A stretch of 64,000 nucleotides of DNA. Source: a candidate division Zixibacteria bacterium SM23_73_2. GTDB taxonomy: Bacteria; Zixibacteria; MSB-5A5; SM23-73-2. The translations under genes were made by a program, and so were the position numbers. The notes beneath the pieces were generated by a model. It was not told the DNA's origin, did no database searches, and saw only the letters and a list, made by a program, of their open reading frames with translations. The stretch is taken from contig LJUW01000006.1 in NCBI GenBank assembly GCA_001304315.1, forward strand, positions 2,135 to 66,134, given 5' to 3'. Of this stretch, positions 39,240-49,215 are shown piece after piece (position 1 is the stretch's first letter; each line of letters starts with the position of its first letter).

Positions 39240-39539
39240 ATGGCAAAGAAAAAAGTCGGTTCTAAAAAGATTCCGGATATCAAGGTTGAGGTTAAATCTG
39301 TAAAGGGGAAGTGCGCCTTGGGACATAAACCTGGTGAGGTTTTCTATTTTCAGGGTGGAACCACTCCTGAGAATTTGTGCGTGGAAGCCATGCTTACCGT
39401 TATTCCTACTGCCAGAACCCTGATGTTCAAAGGGACCCATTTCTGGGTTTCTGATCCGGATGCGATTGAGGTTTGCTGTCCTGATCCGGTGAATCTGGTG
39501 GTCTTTGAGGTTAGAAGACTTAAGAAGAAGTTGGGTTAA
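39240..39539 (+). CDS. TIGR04076-like small Cys-containing protein
   Basis: VEVKSVKGKCALGHKPGEVF...LC...CCPDPVNLVVFEVRR pattern. Confidence 0.75.
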   Translation: MAKKKVGSKKIPDIKVEVKSVKGKCALGHKPGEVFYFQGGTTPENLCVEAMLTVIPTARTLMFKGTHFWVSDPDAIEVCCPDPVNLVVFEVRRLKKKLG

Positions 39540-39631
39540 AAGCTATAGCAGCTTTCATCCAATAAGGTAGTTATTAGTTGTTAGTCTTTAGTTGTTAGAT
39601 ATTATTGGTCATATCTGAAAGGAGAAAGTAA

Positions 39632-42040
39632 ATGAGAAAAGTTTTACTCCCTTTATTAATATTGTTTATACTGAGCAGTTTTTCATATTCGTCCAGTGAA
39701 AAAAAAGTTTTGACGGTTAAGGATATGCTGGGTTTTAAAAGGATTAGCCAGCTTTCTTTTTCCCCTTCGGATACAAGGGTTGCTTTCGTGGTCAGAGAAT
39801 CGGATTTCGAGAAAAGCAAATACAGTCGGGACATCTGGATGGCGGACATGGATAAGAAAGAGGCTTTTAAATATGCTTTTTCCTCAGAGAACGAAAGTTT
39901 TCCTTTGTGGTCACCTGATGGAAAAAACTTAGCTTTTCTTTCCAACCGGGGTAAAGCGGAGGATGAGGAGAAGGAAGCAAAAAATCAGGTATGGATAATT
40001 CCTGCCAATGGAGGAGAAGCGGAGAAACTCACCTTGGCTGAGGAGGGAGTCCTGACCTACAAATGGATGCCTGACGGAGAGGAGATTGTCTGTTTAACTT
40101 TGGAGTCCCTTTCTCCTTCTCAGAAAAAGAAAAAGAAGATGGATGAGGAGAAGAAGTCCGACATAACCATCGTTGATCAAAAGGAAAAGAGAAAAGAGTT
40201 CTGGGGAATAAATTTAAAGGAAAAGAAATCCCAAAAGATCTTTGTGGGTGATTACGGAATATCCGAATTCGATATCTCTCCTACTGGTCAAAAGATAGTT
40301 TACTCCACCAATTATACAGGGGAGGAAAACGATTACACCAAATTCGATCTGTGGGTTCTTGATTTAAATAAAAAGAAAGCTTCCCAGCTCACTTTCAGAG
40401 ATGGATCAGAGGAGAATCCCTTATGGTCGCCAGATGGAGAAAAAATCGCTTTTATTGCCCCGTTTGATTCCACCCTTTCTTTTTCCCAGACTGATTTATG
40501 GATAGTTGATTCAGATGGGAAAGGACTTTCCAATCTGACTTTAGATTTTGACCGCTGCGTGGATGAGATTGAATGGAGCAAAGATGGAAAAAACATATAT
40601 TTTGTCGCTGAGGAGGGGACTAACAATCTGATTTATAGCATATCGTTAAGGGATAAAAAAATCAAACCTGTAATCTCGGGTAAAAGATGTTGCTATGATC
40701 TGAAAGTTGGGAAGAAGAAAATGGTATTTGCGAGTGCAGATTCTGTCTCGACTTTCGATATTTATAGTTCGAATTTAAGAGGTAAAAATATCACAAAACT
40801 CACCGATTTAAATCCTCAGTTAAAGGATTTTTATATCAATCCCCAGGAGGTTATATCCTGGAAGAGCCAAGATGACTGGGATATAGAAGGGATTTTATTT
40901 AAACCCTATAATTTATCTAAAGGAGTGAAATATCCTATGATAGTATTTGCTCATGGAGGACCATTCGGAAGGGTGGAAAATTACTTCTTATCCAGACACC
41001 TCCAGGTTTTAGCTTCGGCAGGATATGTTGCCTTTGCTCCCAATTTCAGAGGAAGCTCCGGTTATGGAAACGAATTCGGAGTTATGCTCAAAGGGGATCT
41101 GGGTGGCGTGGATTTCAAGGATGTGATGAGCGGAATCGATTATGTTATAAGCTTGGGTTTTGTTGATCCGGAAAGAATCGGCATCGTAGGGGGCTCATAT
41201 GGTGGGTACGTGGTGAACTGGGCGATCACCCAGACCGATAGATTCGGTGCTGCTGTTTCGGAGTTTGGTGTTTTCGATCTGAGAAGCGATTATGGGAATA
41301 CCTACATACCGAGATGGGATATCGAGTATCTTGGTTCCCACTACTGGGAAGATCCCGAACCTTACAAGAAATTTTCTCCCTCAAGTTATGTTCAGAACGT
41401 AAAAACACCGGTATTGATTTTGCACGGAGATGAGGATCCTAACTGCTTTATCAGCTCGTCCCAGGAGCTTTACCGCGCTCTCAAGGATTTGAATCAGACA
41501 GTTCAGTTCGTCAGATACCCCAGGGAGGAGCACGGTTTTTCTGAGCCCAATCATATCGTGGATGAGGAGGAAAGGGTCATCTTCTGGTTCGATAGATATC
41601 TTAAAGACGAAGAAGGAAAATTTTCAGGTAAAGAGGTTTTTAAAATCGGAGAGGATATTAAATGGGAGGGGAAAGTTCTAAGAGTTGAGAACATAAAGAT
41701 CGTTGATTCCTACAGCGGCGTTAAACCAAAGGGGAAATTCCTCGAGGTTGAGTTTAGAATCAGTGGAAAAAGGGATAAGGATTTCAGCTTGAACTTTTAT
41801 GAGGAGATCTATCTTTTAACAGAAAATTATGAGAGGATGCTGATATCCGGAATACCTCAGGGTGCCTCTGAGGTAAAGGAGGTTCTTCTGACCGGCGATG
41901 CTCTGACCGTGAGCATTAAAAAATCACAGGATCAAGGGTATTTCCAAAATACCCATAAGGTAACTTTTGATGTTGACAAAGAGCTTCATTCAGCAGAGTT
42001 ATTCATAGCTGGATTTCCAGAGATCAGACTGGAATTTTGA
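39632..42040 (+). CDS. S9 family peptidase (beta-propeller plus alpha/beta hydrolase) with extra C-terminal domain
   Basis: Signal peptide; PD40-like WSPDG repeats; HGGP, GGSYGG, HGDED and EEHGF catalytic motifs; about 140 extra C-terminal residues. Confidence 0.9.
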   Translation: MRKVLLPLLILFILSSFSYSSSEKKVLTVKDMLGFKRISQLSFSPSDTRVAFVVRESDFEKSKYSRDIWMADMDKKEAFKYAFSSENESFPLWSPDGKNLAFLSNRGKAEDEEKEAKNQVWIIPANGGEAEKLTLAEEGVLTYKWMPDGEEIVCLTLESLSPSQKKKKKMDEEKKSDITIVDQKEKRKEFWGINLKEKKSQKIFVGDYGISEFDISPTGQKIVYSTNYTGEENDYTKFDLWVLDLNKKKASQLTFRDGSEENPLWSPDGEKIAFIAPFDSTLSFSQTDLWIVDSDGKGLSNLTLDFDRCVDEIEWSKDGKNIYFVAEEGTNNLIYSISLRDKKIKPVISGKRCCYDLKVGKKKMVFASADSVSTFDIYSSNLRGKNITKLTDLNPQLKDFYINPQEVISWKSQDDWDIEGILFKPYNLSKGVKYPMIVFAHGGPFGRVENYFLSRHLQVLASAGYVAFAPNFRGSSGYGNEFGVMLKGDLGGVDFKDVMSGIDYVISLGFVDPERIGIVGGSYGGYVVNWAITQTDRFGAAVSEFGVFDLRSDYGNTYIPRWDIEYLGSHYWEDPEPYKKFSPSSYVQNVKTPVLILHGDEDPNCFISSSQELYRALKDLNQTVQFVRYPREEHGFSEPNHIVDEEERVIFWFDRYLKDEEGKFSGKEVFKIGEDIKWEGKVLRVENIKIVDSYSGVKPKGKFLEVEFRISGKRDKDFSLNFYEEIYLLTENYERMLISGIPQGASEVKEVLLTGDALTVSIKKSQDQGYFQNTHKVTFDVDKELHSAELFIAGFPEIRLEF

Positions 42041-42204
42041 TTTTCAAATCAGAGTGATAATGTCATATTCTAAGGATATGGATAAAACAGACGAAAATTA
42101 CCTAAACAAAACTTTTGAGCATTCGTTTAATATAGTAATATTGAAAACGTATTGTTTGGTGGTGCACTTTAAGTTGTCGTATAATCTAAAACTTGTTGAG
42201 GGTT

Positions 42205-43236
42205 ATGGTTTTTGAGGATTTATCTCCCCGGGAAAAAAGCGTATTGGGAGCAGTAATCGAGCATTACGTTGCCACAGCTCAGCCAGTGGGTTCTAAGATA
42301 ATCGTGCATAAATACGATCTAGGAATCTCCTCAGCAACCATTAGAAACACCATGCAGAAACTTGAGGATTTGGGTTTGATCGATCAACCTCACACCTCAG
42401 CCGGAAGGATTCCCACAGATAAGGGATACCGGGTCTACGTGGATTACATTTTAAAGCCGGAGATGCTTTCAGCACCGGAGAGGAAGAAGATAAAAGAAAA
42501 GATAATGGTGGATTATAAGGCAATCGAGGAGCTTTTTGAGCAGACCTCCAAGGTTTTGGGGGACATATCCAAACAATTGGGAGTCAGCCTGGCCCCCAGC
42601 TTCGACAAGGGAATCTTAACTAACATAGATCTGATACCGGTTGCTGAGAAAAAGCTTTTAGTGATTTTAGCGGTAAAGTCGGGTCTGGTTAAAACCATTC
42701 TCTTAGAGGCGGAATCAAGCCTTAAAAGCTTAGCTTTGGAGAAAACCAAAAACATCTTGAACGAAAGGTTATGCGGTTTAACCTTAAAACAGATCGTGGA
42801 TTCCATGGACCAGAGGTTGAAGGATACCTCTTCTGCTGATCCGAAACTTATCAGACTTTTTTTGAACTCAAAGGAGGTCTTGGTTTCATTTCAAAAAGAG
42901 GAGAACATCCATCTGGGCGGAACTCTGAACATAGTAAATCAACCCGAATTTCAAAATCAGGACAAGTTGAGCTCTTTGATCGAGCTACTTGAGGAAAAAA
43001 AGACCTTAGCCGAGCTTTTCTCCCGTAAGGGGATAAGTGAGGGGATTACCATAACCATTGGAAAGGAGCATAAGCACAGTGATTTTAGCTCCCTGAGCCT
43101 GGTAACCTCCGCTTATCAGGCGAAGGACCTCAAGGGTACCATCGGGATAGTGGGACCCAAGAGGATGAAATATGCCAAGCTGGTTTCATTGGTTGATTAC
43201 ACTTCAAAACTGCTCTCAGAGATACTTTCGAGATGA
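42205..43236 (+). CDS. hrcA: Heat-inducible transcription repressor
   Basis: PVGSK, SSATIRNTMQKLEDLG, PHTSAGRIPTDKGYRVYVD and IGIVGPKRMKY motifs. Confidence 0.96.
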   Translation: MVFEDLSPREKSVLGAVIEHYVATAQPVGSKIIVHKYDLGISSATIRNTMQKLEDLGLIDQPHTSAGRIPTDKGYRVYVDYILKPEMLSAPERKKIKEKIMVDYKAIEELFEQTSKVLGDISKQLGVSLAPSFDKGILTNIDLIPVAEKKLLVILAVKSGLVKTILLEAESSLKSLALEKTKNILNERLCGLTLKQIVDSMDQRLKDTSSADPKLIRLFLNSKEVLVSFQKEENIHLGGTLNIVNQPEFQNQDKLSSLIELLEEKKTLAELFSRKGISEGITITIGKEHKHSDFSSLSLVTSAYQAKDLKGTIGIVGPKRMKYAKLVSLVDYTSKLLSEILSR

Positions 43237-43249
43237 AAAGGAGGTGGAG

Positions 43250-43912
43250 GTGAAAAAAGAGGAAAAAAAGAAAAAAGAAATAAAGATCGAATCCTCGGAT
43301 TCAGAGGTTGAAAAAGCTGAAAGTAAAGAAGAAAATGAAGAGGATTCCTCAAAAGAGCTTACCCTGACAGAAGAAACCGAAGAAAAGGAAAAACCAACCA
43401 AGGTTGAGATTCTAAAAGAGAGGCTTCAGAAAAGCGAGAAGGAGTGTAAGGACCTTGAAGATAAACTCTTGCGGTTGGCTGCAGAATTTGATAATTTCAA
43501 AAAAAGAACGACCAAAGAGTTTGATAATCTGATAAAATTCGCTAATCAGGATTTGACACTAAAACTGACTGACGCTCTGGATAATTTCGAAAGAGCTTTG
43601 GATTCTGCAAAAAATTCAACTGATTTCGATAGTTTCCATAGGGGGGTGGAGCTAATCTATACTCATCTAAAAGAAATATTAACCAAAGAAGGATTGGAAG
43701 AAATAAAAACAGTTGGCCAGAAATTCGATCCCAATCTCCACGAGGCGATTTCTCAAGTCGAATCGGATGAATATCCTGAAGGGGTGATCGTACAGGAGAT
43801 TTCCAAAGGATATGTTCTTAAAGATAGAGTGATAAAAGCTCCCAAGGTGATTGTTTCGAGTGGGAAGAAGAGAGAAGAGAAAGAGGAAAGAGAAGAAGAA
43901 AAGGATAAATAG
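43250..43912 (+). CDS. grpE: Nucleotide exchange factor GrpE
   Basis: LRLAAEFDNFKKRT, DNFERAL, FDPNLHEA and KGYVLKDRVIK motifs; GTG at 43250 after aggaggtgg. Confidence 0.95.
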   Translation: MKKEEKKKKEIKIESSDSEVEKAESKEENEEDSSKELTLTEETEEKEKPTKVEILKERLQKSEKECKDLEDKLLRLAAEFDNFKKRTTKEFDNLIKFANQDLTLKLTDALDNFERALDSAKNSTDFDSFHRGVELIYTHLKEILTKEGLEEIKTVGQKFDPNLHEAISQVESDEYPEGVIVQEISKGYVLKDRVIKAPKVIVSSGKKREEKEEREEEKDK

Positions 43913-43927
43913 TAAAATAGATATAGC

Positions 43928-45073
43928 ATGAAATTTAAAAAGGTATCATTTAGTTTTTTATTTTTACTAATCATCTTTGTTCCTGTTAATGATAATCAAG
44001 CAGAAGAAAAAAAGATAGTGTTAAAGGATGATTACTATTATGTAGCTTATCATGATGGAAAGAAAATAAGCATTACCTCATCCCGAACTGGTGGTGCACC
44101 TAATTTGGAGGTGGTTTTTTCTCCAGATAGTGAATATGTAGCTTATATAGCGGTAAACTGTTTGGGTTTTGAGGGGTCGGGGAGGGAGATCTGCTTTATG
44201 AAGGTGGATGGATCTGAGAGAAGGGTCATTTACAGTTCACAATACCCTATCCATGATTTGAACTGGCTAGCCTTTAATCATCATCAATATTTAGTGTTTA
44301 TTCTTGATTTCTATCCTATGGATGTAAAGGGAAAAGTTTGGATTTATGATTTTGAAGCTAAAAAAATGGTTTTTGATACTCTTGGGTTAAGATTGAATAA
44401 TCTTAACGATAAAACATTTTTAGTATGCTTAGATTACATGTGTAGAGAACAAGGTGAATACATACTTGATTTGAGCAAAATCTCTACGCGTTCATATGAA
44501 CTGGATGAATCCAGGGATATATCAATTAGTGAGGATTCGACAAGAATATTTTTGGGGGGAGAAAAAGATACCATTCTATCAGGCGGACTAGGTCATTTAT
44601 TACCTGAATGTTGGCCCGGAGGAACATACAGTGATATGGTTGATGTAGGAACTGATATCTATTGGCATTTCAAGAATGCCTCTTTGTCTCCAAATTGCGA
44701 GTTCATTGCTTTTTCTATGAAAGGAAGATGGTCAAGTTTTAATGGACTATTTGAGATAAGGACGAACAAGGTTTATCCCTTGAGATTTTTTGTCAGCAAA
44801 TTAACCGGAAATCACTACTGGTCTCCTAATAGTAAATATGTTGCTTATGTTGATTATCCAAGTGATACTCAAAAATTGATAGATGTTTTCTCAGTTGATT
44901 CTACTTTGAATTTAAAAGACCCTTTAGTCACTAGGACATTTCGTGTTGAAAGAAGCGACATTCTTGATATTTTGTATTCTCAAAACTCAGATACATTGTA
45001 TTATACAACTCGATTTTTTCAGTTAGGGAGAGAATATACAAATAATTGGAGTATTTATTTGGGAGATAAGTAG
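43928..45073 (+). CDS. Hypothetical secreted protein with TolB/PD40-like repeats
   Basis: Signal peptide; FSPDSEYVAY, LSPNCEFIAF and WSPNSKYVAY repeats; AT-rich. Confidence 0.65.
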   Translation: MKFKKVSFSFLFLLIIFVPVNDNQAEEKKIVLKDDYYYVAYHDGKKISITSSRTGGAPNLEVVFSPDSEYVAYIAVNCLGFEGSGREICFMKVDGSERRVIYSSQYPIHDLNWLAFNHHQYLVFILDFYPMDVKGKVWIYDFEAKKMVFDTLGLRLNNLNDKTFLVCLDYMCREQGEYILDLSKISTRSYELDESRDISISEDSTRIFLGGEKDTILSGGLGHLLPECWPGGTYSDMVDVGTDIYWHFKNASLSPNCEFIAFSMKGRWSSFNGLFEIRTNKVYPLRFFVSKLTGNHYWSPNSKYVAYVDYPSDTQKLIDVFSVDSTLNLKDPLVTRTFRVERSDILDILYSQNSDTLYYTTRFFQLGREYTNNWSIYLGDK

Positions 45074-45229
45074 ATTAAGAGTTGAAAAAAGTTTGATTCA
45101 TGCTAGTAAATTATTATTTGAATTTTTCATAGAAAAAATGTTGTTTTTGTTGGTGCTGGATTTTTAATCCAGCACAATGTCCTATAAAAAGAGTGTTGAA
45201 AAAAAATGAGCTAAAGGAGGATGAGATAA

Positions 45230-47167
45230 ATGGCAAAAGTTATAGGTATCGATTTGGGGACTACTAATTCATGCGTGGCGGTGATGGAGGGTGGGGAAGC
45301 AAAAGTAATTCCTAATGCCGAGGGTTCCAGGACAACTCCCTCGGTGGTGGCTTTCACCAAGACTGGCGAAAGATTGGTGGGTCTGGTTGCCAAGCGTCAA
45401 GCGATAACCAACTCGGAGAATACTGTTTTCTCGATAAAAAGATTTATGGGGAGGCGGCATAACGAAGTACTGGAGGAGGAAAAGCTGGTTCCATTCAAGA
45501 TAGTGGAGGCTCCTAACGGTGATGTCAGGGTAAAGATTCAGGATAAGGATTATTCGCCCCCTGAGATCTCCGCCATGATCTTACAGAATATGAGAAAGAC
45601 AGCAGAGGATTATCTGGGGGAGAAGGTAACCCAGGCGGTGGTTACTGTTCCCGCATATTTCAACGATTCCCAGCGTCAGGCAACCAAGGATGCTGGAAGA
45701 GTCGCTGGTCTTGAGGTTTTAAGAATCATCAACGAACCAACAGCAGCCAGCCTGGCTTATGGATTGGATAAAAAAATAAACGAGAAGATAGCGGTTTTCG
45801 ATCTGGGAGGGGGAACTTTCGACATATCCATTCTGGAACTGGGCGAGGGCGTTTTCGAGGTGAGATCGACCAACGGGGACACCCATCTGGGCGGGGATGA
45901 TCTTGACCAGAGGGTAATCGATTGGATGGCAGAGGAGTTTTTAAAACAGCAGGGTATCGATCTGAGAAAAGATAAGATGGCACTTCAGAGATTGAAAGAG
46001 GCAGCTGAGAAAGCAAAATGCGAGCTTTCAACCACCATGCAGACCAACATTAACCTCCCCTTTGTCACTGCTGATTCCTCCGGTCCCAAGCACCTGGATC
46101 TGGTCTTGACCCGGGCTAAACTGGAGCAGCTGGTTGATGATCTGATCCAGAGAACAGTTGAGCCATGCAAAAGGGCATTGGCAGATGCAAAGCTTTCACC
46201 CTCGGATATAAACGAGGTCATCTTGGTTGGGGGGCAGACCAGGATGCCCAAGGTTCAAGAGGTTGTTGGTGAGCTTTTCGGAAAGGAGCCCCATAGGGGA
46301 GTCAATCCGGACGAGGTGGTTGCCATAGGTGCGGCAATCCAGGCAGGAGTTCTGGCAGGGGAGGTTAAGGACGTTCTTTTATTGGACGTTACCCCACTAT
46401 CTCTGGGAATCGAGACCCTGGGAGGGGTGATGACCAGGCTGATCGAGAGAAACACAACCATTCCCACCAGAAAATCACAGATATTCTCCACCGCTTCTGA
46501 TAATCAACCAGCAGTTTCAATTAATGTTCTGCAGGGTGAAAGGGAGATGGCCATAGATAACAGGACTCTGGGAAGGTTCGATCTGGTGGGTATACCTCCA
46601 GCACCCAGAGGAATTCCTCAGATCGAGGTTGCCTTTGACATCGATGCTAACGGAATCGTTCATGTTTCAGCCAAAGATTTAGGTACGGGAAAAGAACAGA
46701 AGATAAAGATAGAGTCCTCAAGCGGTTTATCCGAGCAGGAGATTGAGAAGATGGTAAAGGATGCCGAGTCTCACTCAGAGGAGGATAAAAAGAAAAAAGC
46801 TTTGATCGAGTCCAGAAACAAAGCTGACCAGATGGTTTATACAACCGAGAAGACCTTGAGAGAATACGGGGATAAGATCTCAGCGGATGAGAAGAAAAAG
46901 GTTGAGGAGGCGATTGAAAAAGTCAAAAATTCGATCAAGGGTGATAATAAGGAGGAGATAGACAGAGCAGTTGAACAGATGCTCTCTGCCTCTCATAAGA
47001 TAGCTGAGGAGATGTACAAGAAGACCACAGCTCAGCAGCAGGAATCCTCTCCACCCCCGGAAGGTGAGAAAGAGAAAGCGAAAGAGGAAAAGAAGGAGGA
47101 GAAGGAGAAGGGTGCGGTGGATGCGGATTATGAGGTGGTGGATGATGAGGAGAAGAAAAAGGAGTAA
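45230..47167 (+). CDS. dnaK: Molecular chaperone DnaK (copy 1)
   Basis: [39 protein letters not shown], linker DVLLLD and C-terminal DADYEVVD motifs. Confidence 0.98.
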   Translation: MAKVIGIDLGTTNSCVAVMEGGEAKVIPNAEGSRTTPSVVAFTKTGERLVGLVAKRQAITNSENTVFSIKRFMGRRHNEVLEEEKLVPFKIVEAPNGDVRVKIQDKDYSPPEISAMILQNMRKTAEDYLGEKVTQAVVTVPAYFNDSQRQATKDAGRVAGLEVLRIINEPTAASLAYGLDKKINEKIAVFDLGGGTFDISILELGEGVFEVRSTNGDTHLGGDDLDQRVIDWMAEEFLKQQGIDLRKDKMALQRLKEAAEKAKCELSTTMQTNINLPFVTADSSGPKHLDLVLTRAKLEQLVDDLIQRTVEPCKRALADAKLSPSDINEVILVGGQTRMPKVQEVVGELFGKEPHRGVNPDEVVAIGAAIQAGVLAGEVKDVLLLDVTPLSLGIETLGGVMTRLIERNTTIPTRKSQIFSTASDNQPAVSINVLQGEREMAIDNRTLGRFDLVGIPPAPRGIPQIEVAFDIDANGIVHVSAKDLGTGKEQKIKIESSSGLSEQEIEKMVKDAESHSEEDKKKKALIESRNKADQMVYTTEKTLREYGDKISADEKKKVEEAIEKVKNSIKGDNKEEIDRAVEQMLSASHKIAEEMYKKTTAQQQESSPPPEGEKEKAKEEKKEEKEKGAVDADYEVVDDEEKKKE

Positions 47168-47180
47168 AATTATTGTTGTT

Positions 47181-47236
47181 TCGGGGTACCTTTACCCCGA
47201 ATCGTACATAGTCAGGGGTAAGGGTACCCTTGACCA
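47181..47236. repeat. Two hairpins after dnaK; the second resembles gtcaagggtgggggcacccttgacc of the composite repeat
   Basis: tcggggta-cctt-taccccga and gtcaggggtaagggtacccttgacc. Confidence 0.55.
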
Positions 47237-47392
47237 ACAGAGGATTTTTCGATATGGATAGTAAAGAGGAAAAAGAAATAAAATAAAAAGTTGGCTTTTT
47301 GTTTTTTATTCTATTCCGTTTTGATTTTAAGATTAATAAAAAAGTTAAAAATCTTTTGTTTCTTCACATATTAGTATATCGATGAAAAGCTG

Positions 47393-47441
47393 TTGACAAA
47401 GGGTATTGTTAATCCATATTATTATTATACCATTGGTATAA
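47393..47441 (+). promoter_or_regulatory. Promoter with overlapping perfect palindrome (candidate metal-repressor operator)
   Basis: TTGACA at 47393; -10 CATATT/TATTAT; TTATACCA-T-TGGTATAA at 47425-47441. Confidence 0.55.
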
Positions 47442-47470
47442 AACATGGGCCTGTTGCCGAAGTCTACAAA

Positions 47471-47568
47471 TGTCACCCTGGCGGTCAGGCCGGGAAACGA
47501 AGTGAAGGGTCTTTTATGTCAGGGGAAACTGAGATTCTTCCTCCACCAAAGGTGGGGTCAGAATGACA
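47471..47568. repeat. tgtca...tgaca-bounded palindromic repeat (same family as parts of the composite repeat)
   Basis: gagattcttcctccaccaaaggtggggtcagaatgaca resembles gagattgcttctcccgccaaaggcgggatcacaatgaca near 36527. Confidence 0.6.
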
Positions 47569-47596
47569 CAATAGAGTTGAGCAACAGCCTCACATT

Positions 47597-48466
47597 GTGG
47601 GTAAACAGGTGATAAAAAGTAGATTAATACTGATTCAAATTCTGTTAGCTATATTTCTTATGAGTACGTTCGTATGTACCAACCAACAAACAGAAAAGAC
47701 CAGTGACTCAAAAATCGGAGTGATTGTCAGCATACTTCCTCAGGCTGAATTTGTGGAGAGAGTTGGGGGAGACAAAGTTAAAGTAACGGTTATGGTTCCT
47801 CCGGGAGCGAGTCCCCATACTTACGAACCAAAGCCAGGTCAGCTCAAAGAGGTTAGCAGAGCAAAAGTGTATTTTGCAGTTGGATCAGGTATTGAATTCG
47901 AATTAGCCTGGATGAAAAAAATAGTTGATTTGAGCACGGAAATTTTGGTTCTGGATTGTTCTGAAGGGATTGAGATAAAAGAAGGGGATCCTCATATCTG
48001 GCTTTCCCCTTTTAATGCTATGATAATGGTTGAAAATATCTACCAGGGATTGGTTCAGGTAGATTCTGTCAATAAAAAATATTACTCTGAAAACAAAAAC
48101 AAGTATATTGAGGAACTGAACAAACTGGATGAGGAGTTAACTTTGGCACTTTCAGAAAAGAAAAACAGAAAGATAATGGTTTATCATCCATCCTGGGGAT
48201 ATTTTACCAGAGAATATGACCTCGAGCAGATACCCATAGAGAGGGAAGGTAAAGAGCCGACTCCTAAGGGTATTTTAAATTCGATCAAACAAGCCAGGGA
48301 AGAAGAGATCACAACCATCTTTGCCTCACCGCAATTTGATGCAAAAAAGGCAGAGGTTATTGCCAAAGAGATCGGTGGTGATGTTGTTCTTTTAGATCCG
48401 TTATCAAAAGATTATATTGAGAATATGCGAAAGGTTGCTTTAGCATTTTCAAGGGATTTAAGATGA
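47597..48466 (+). CDS. Metal ABC transporter substrate-binding protein (ZnuA/TroA family)
   Basis: GASPHTYEP, DPHIWLSP, YHPSWGYF and LDPL motifs; no His-rich loop. Confidence 0.92.
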   Translation: MGKQVIKSRLILIQILLAIFLMSTFVCTNQQTEKTSDSKIGVIVSILPQAEFVERVGGDKVKVTVMVPPGASPHTYEPKPGQLKEVSRAKVYFAVGSGIEFELAWMKKIVDLSTEILVLDCSEGIEIKEGDPHIWLSPFNAMIMVENIYQGLVQVDSVNKKYYSENKNKYIEELNKLDEELTLALSEKKNRKIMVYHPSWGYFTREYDLEQIPIEREGKEPTPKGILNSIKQAREEEITTIFASPQFDAKKAEVIAKEIGGDVVLLDPLSKDYIENMRKVALAFSRDLR

Positions 48467-49215
48467 AAGAGGAAATCGTCAGCTTAAAAAACACCTGGGT
48501 GTATTTCAACGATATACTTGTGCTTGAGGATGTTACCTTCTCGTTAAAGAAAAACGATTTTGTATCTCTGATAGGTCCCAACGGCGGGGGTAAGACCACC
48601 ATTCTAAAAATTATACTTGGATTGATAAAACCTGATAAGGGAGAGGTTTTTGTTTTCGGAAAAGCCCCAGAAAAAGGTAGAAAATCAATCGGATACCTAC
48701 CACAATACAGCTTTGTGGATTTGAATTTCCCCATAAATGTCTTTGAGGTGGTTCTTATGGGAAGGTATGATACCGTGGGTAAAGGGTATTCAAAGGAAGA
48801 TAAAGACAGAGCGTTGAATGCTCTGAAAACGGTTGGAATGCTTGAATACAAAGACAGACAGATAGGAAGGCTGTCCAGCGGGCAGCTTCAGAGGATTTAT
48901 ATAGCCAGGGCAATTTGCAGAGAACCTGAATTGCTTTTACTCGACGAGCCCACCGCAAGCGTCGATCCGGAGATGCAGAAATCCTTCTACGAGTTGCTTT
49001 CAGAACTTAAAAAGAAAATGGCAGTGATATTGGTAACTCACGACATCAGTGTGGTCTCGGTTTACGTTGACAGCGTTGCCTGCCTTAACCGCAGGTTATT
49101 CTATCATGGCTCAAGCGAAGCTGCCTTAAAGAAGCTTGAGCAGGTTTACGAGTGCCCGATAGAGCTTTTAGCTCACGGGATTCCTCACCGGGTCTTAAAA
49201 AAGCACGGGAAATGA
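48463..49215 (+). CDS. Metal ABC transporter ATP-binding protein (ZnuC-like)
   Basis: [17 protein letters not shown] and LLLLDEP motifs. Confidence 0.93.
   Translation: MKEEIVSLKNTWVYFNDILVLEDVTFSLKKNDFVSLIGPNGGGKTTILKIILGLIKPDKGEVFVFGKAPEKGRKSIGYLPQYSFVDLNFPINVFEVVLMGRYDTVGKGYSKEDKDRALNALKTVGMLEYKDRQIGRLSSGQLQRIYIARAICREPELLLLDEPTASVDPEMQKSFYELLSELKKKMAVILVTHDISVVSVYVDSVACLNRRLFYHGSSEAALKKLEQVYECPIELLAHGIPHRVLKKHGK

Noticed and set aside
42034-42060. gagtgataa upstream of hrcA as a CIRCE right arm
   Set aside because: The left arm position reads attttgatt, which does not match TTAGCACTC.
43172-43249. N-terminal extension of GrpE in the ORF track
   Set aside because: It overlaps the hrcA 3' end. 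A GTG at 43250 with a strong SD gives a normal GrpE.
47471-47530. ggtcaggccgggaaacgaag resembles the SRP RNA domain IV or a riboswitch upstream of the metal transporter
   Set aside because: The SRP tetraloop stem does not pair and AGCAG is missing. The segment is the left arm of a tgtca...tgaca palindromic repeat related to 36527-36654.
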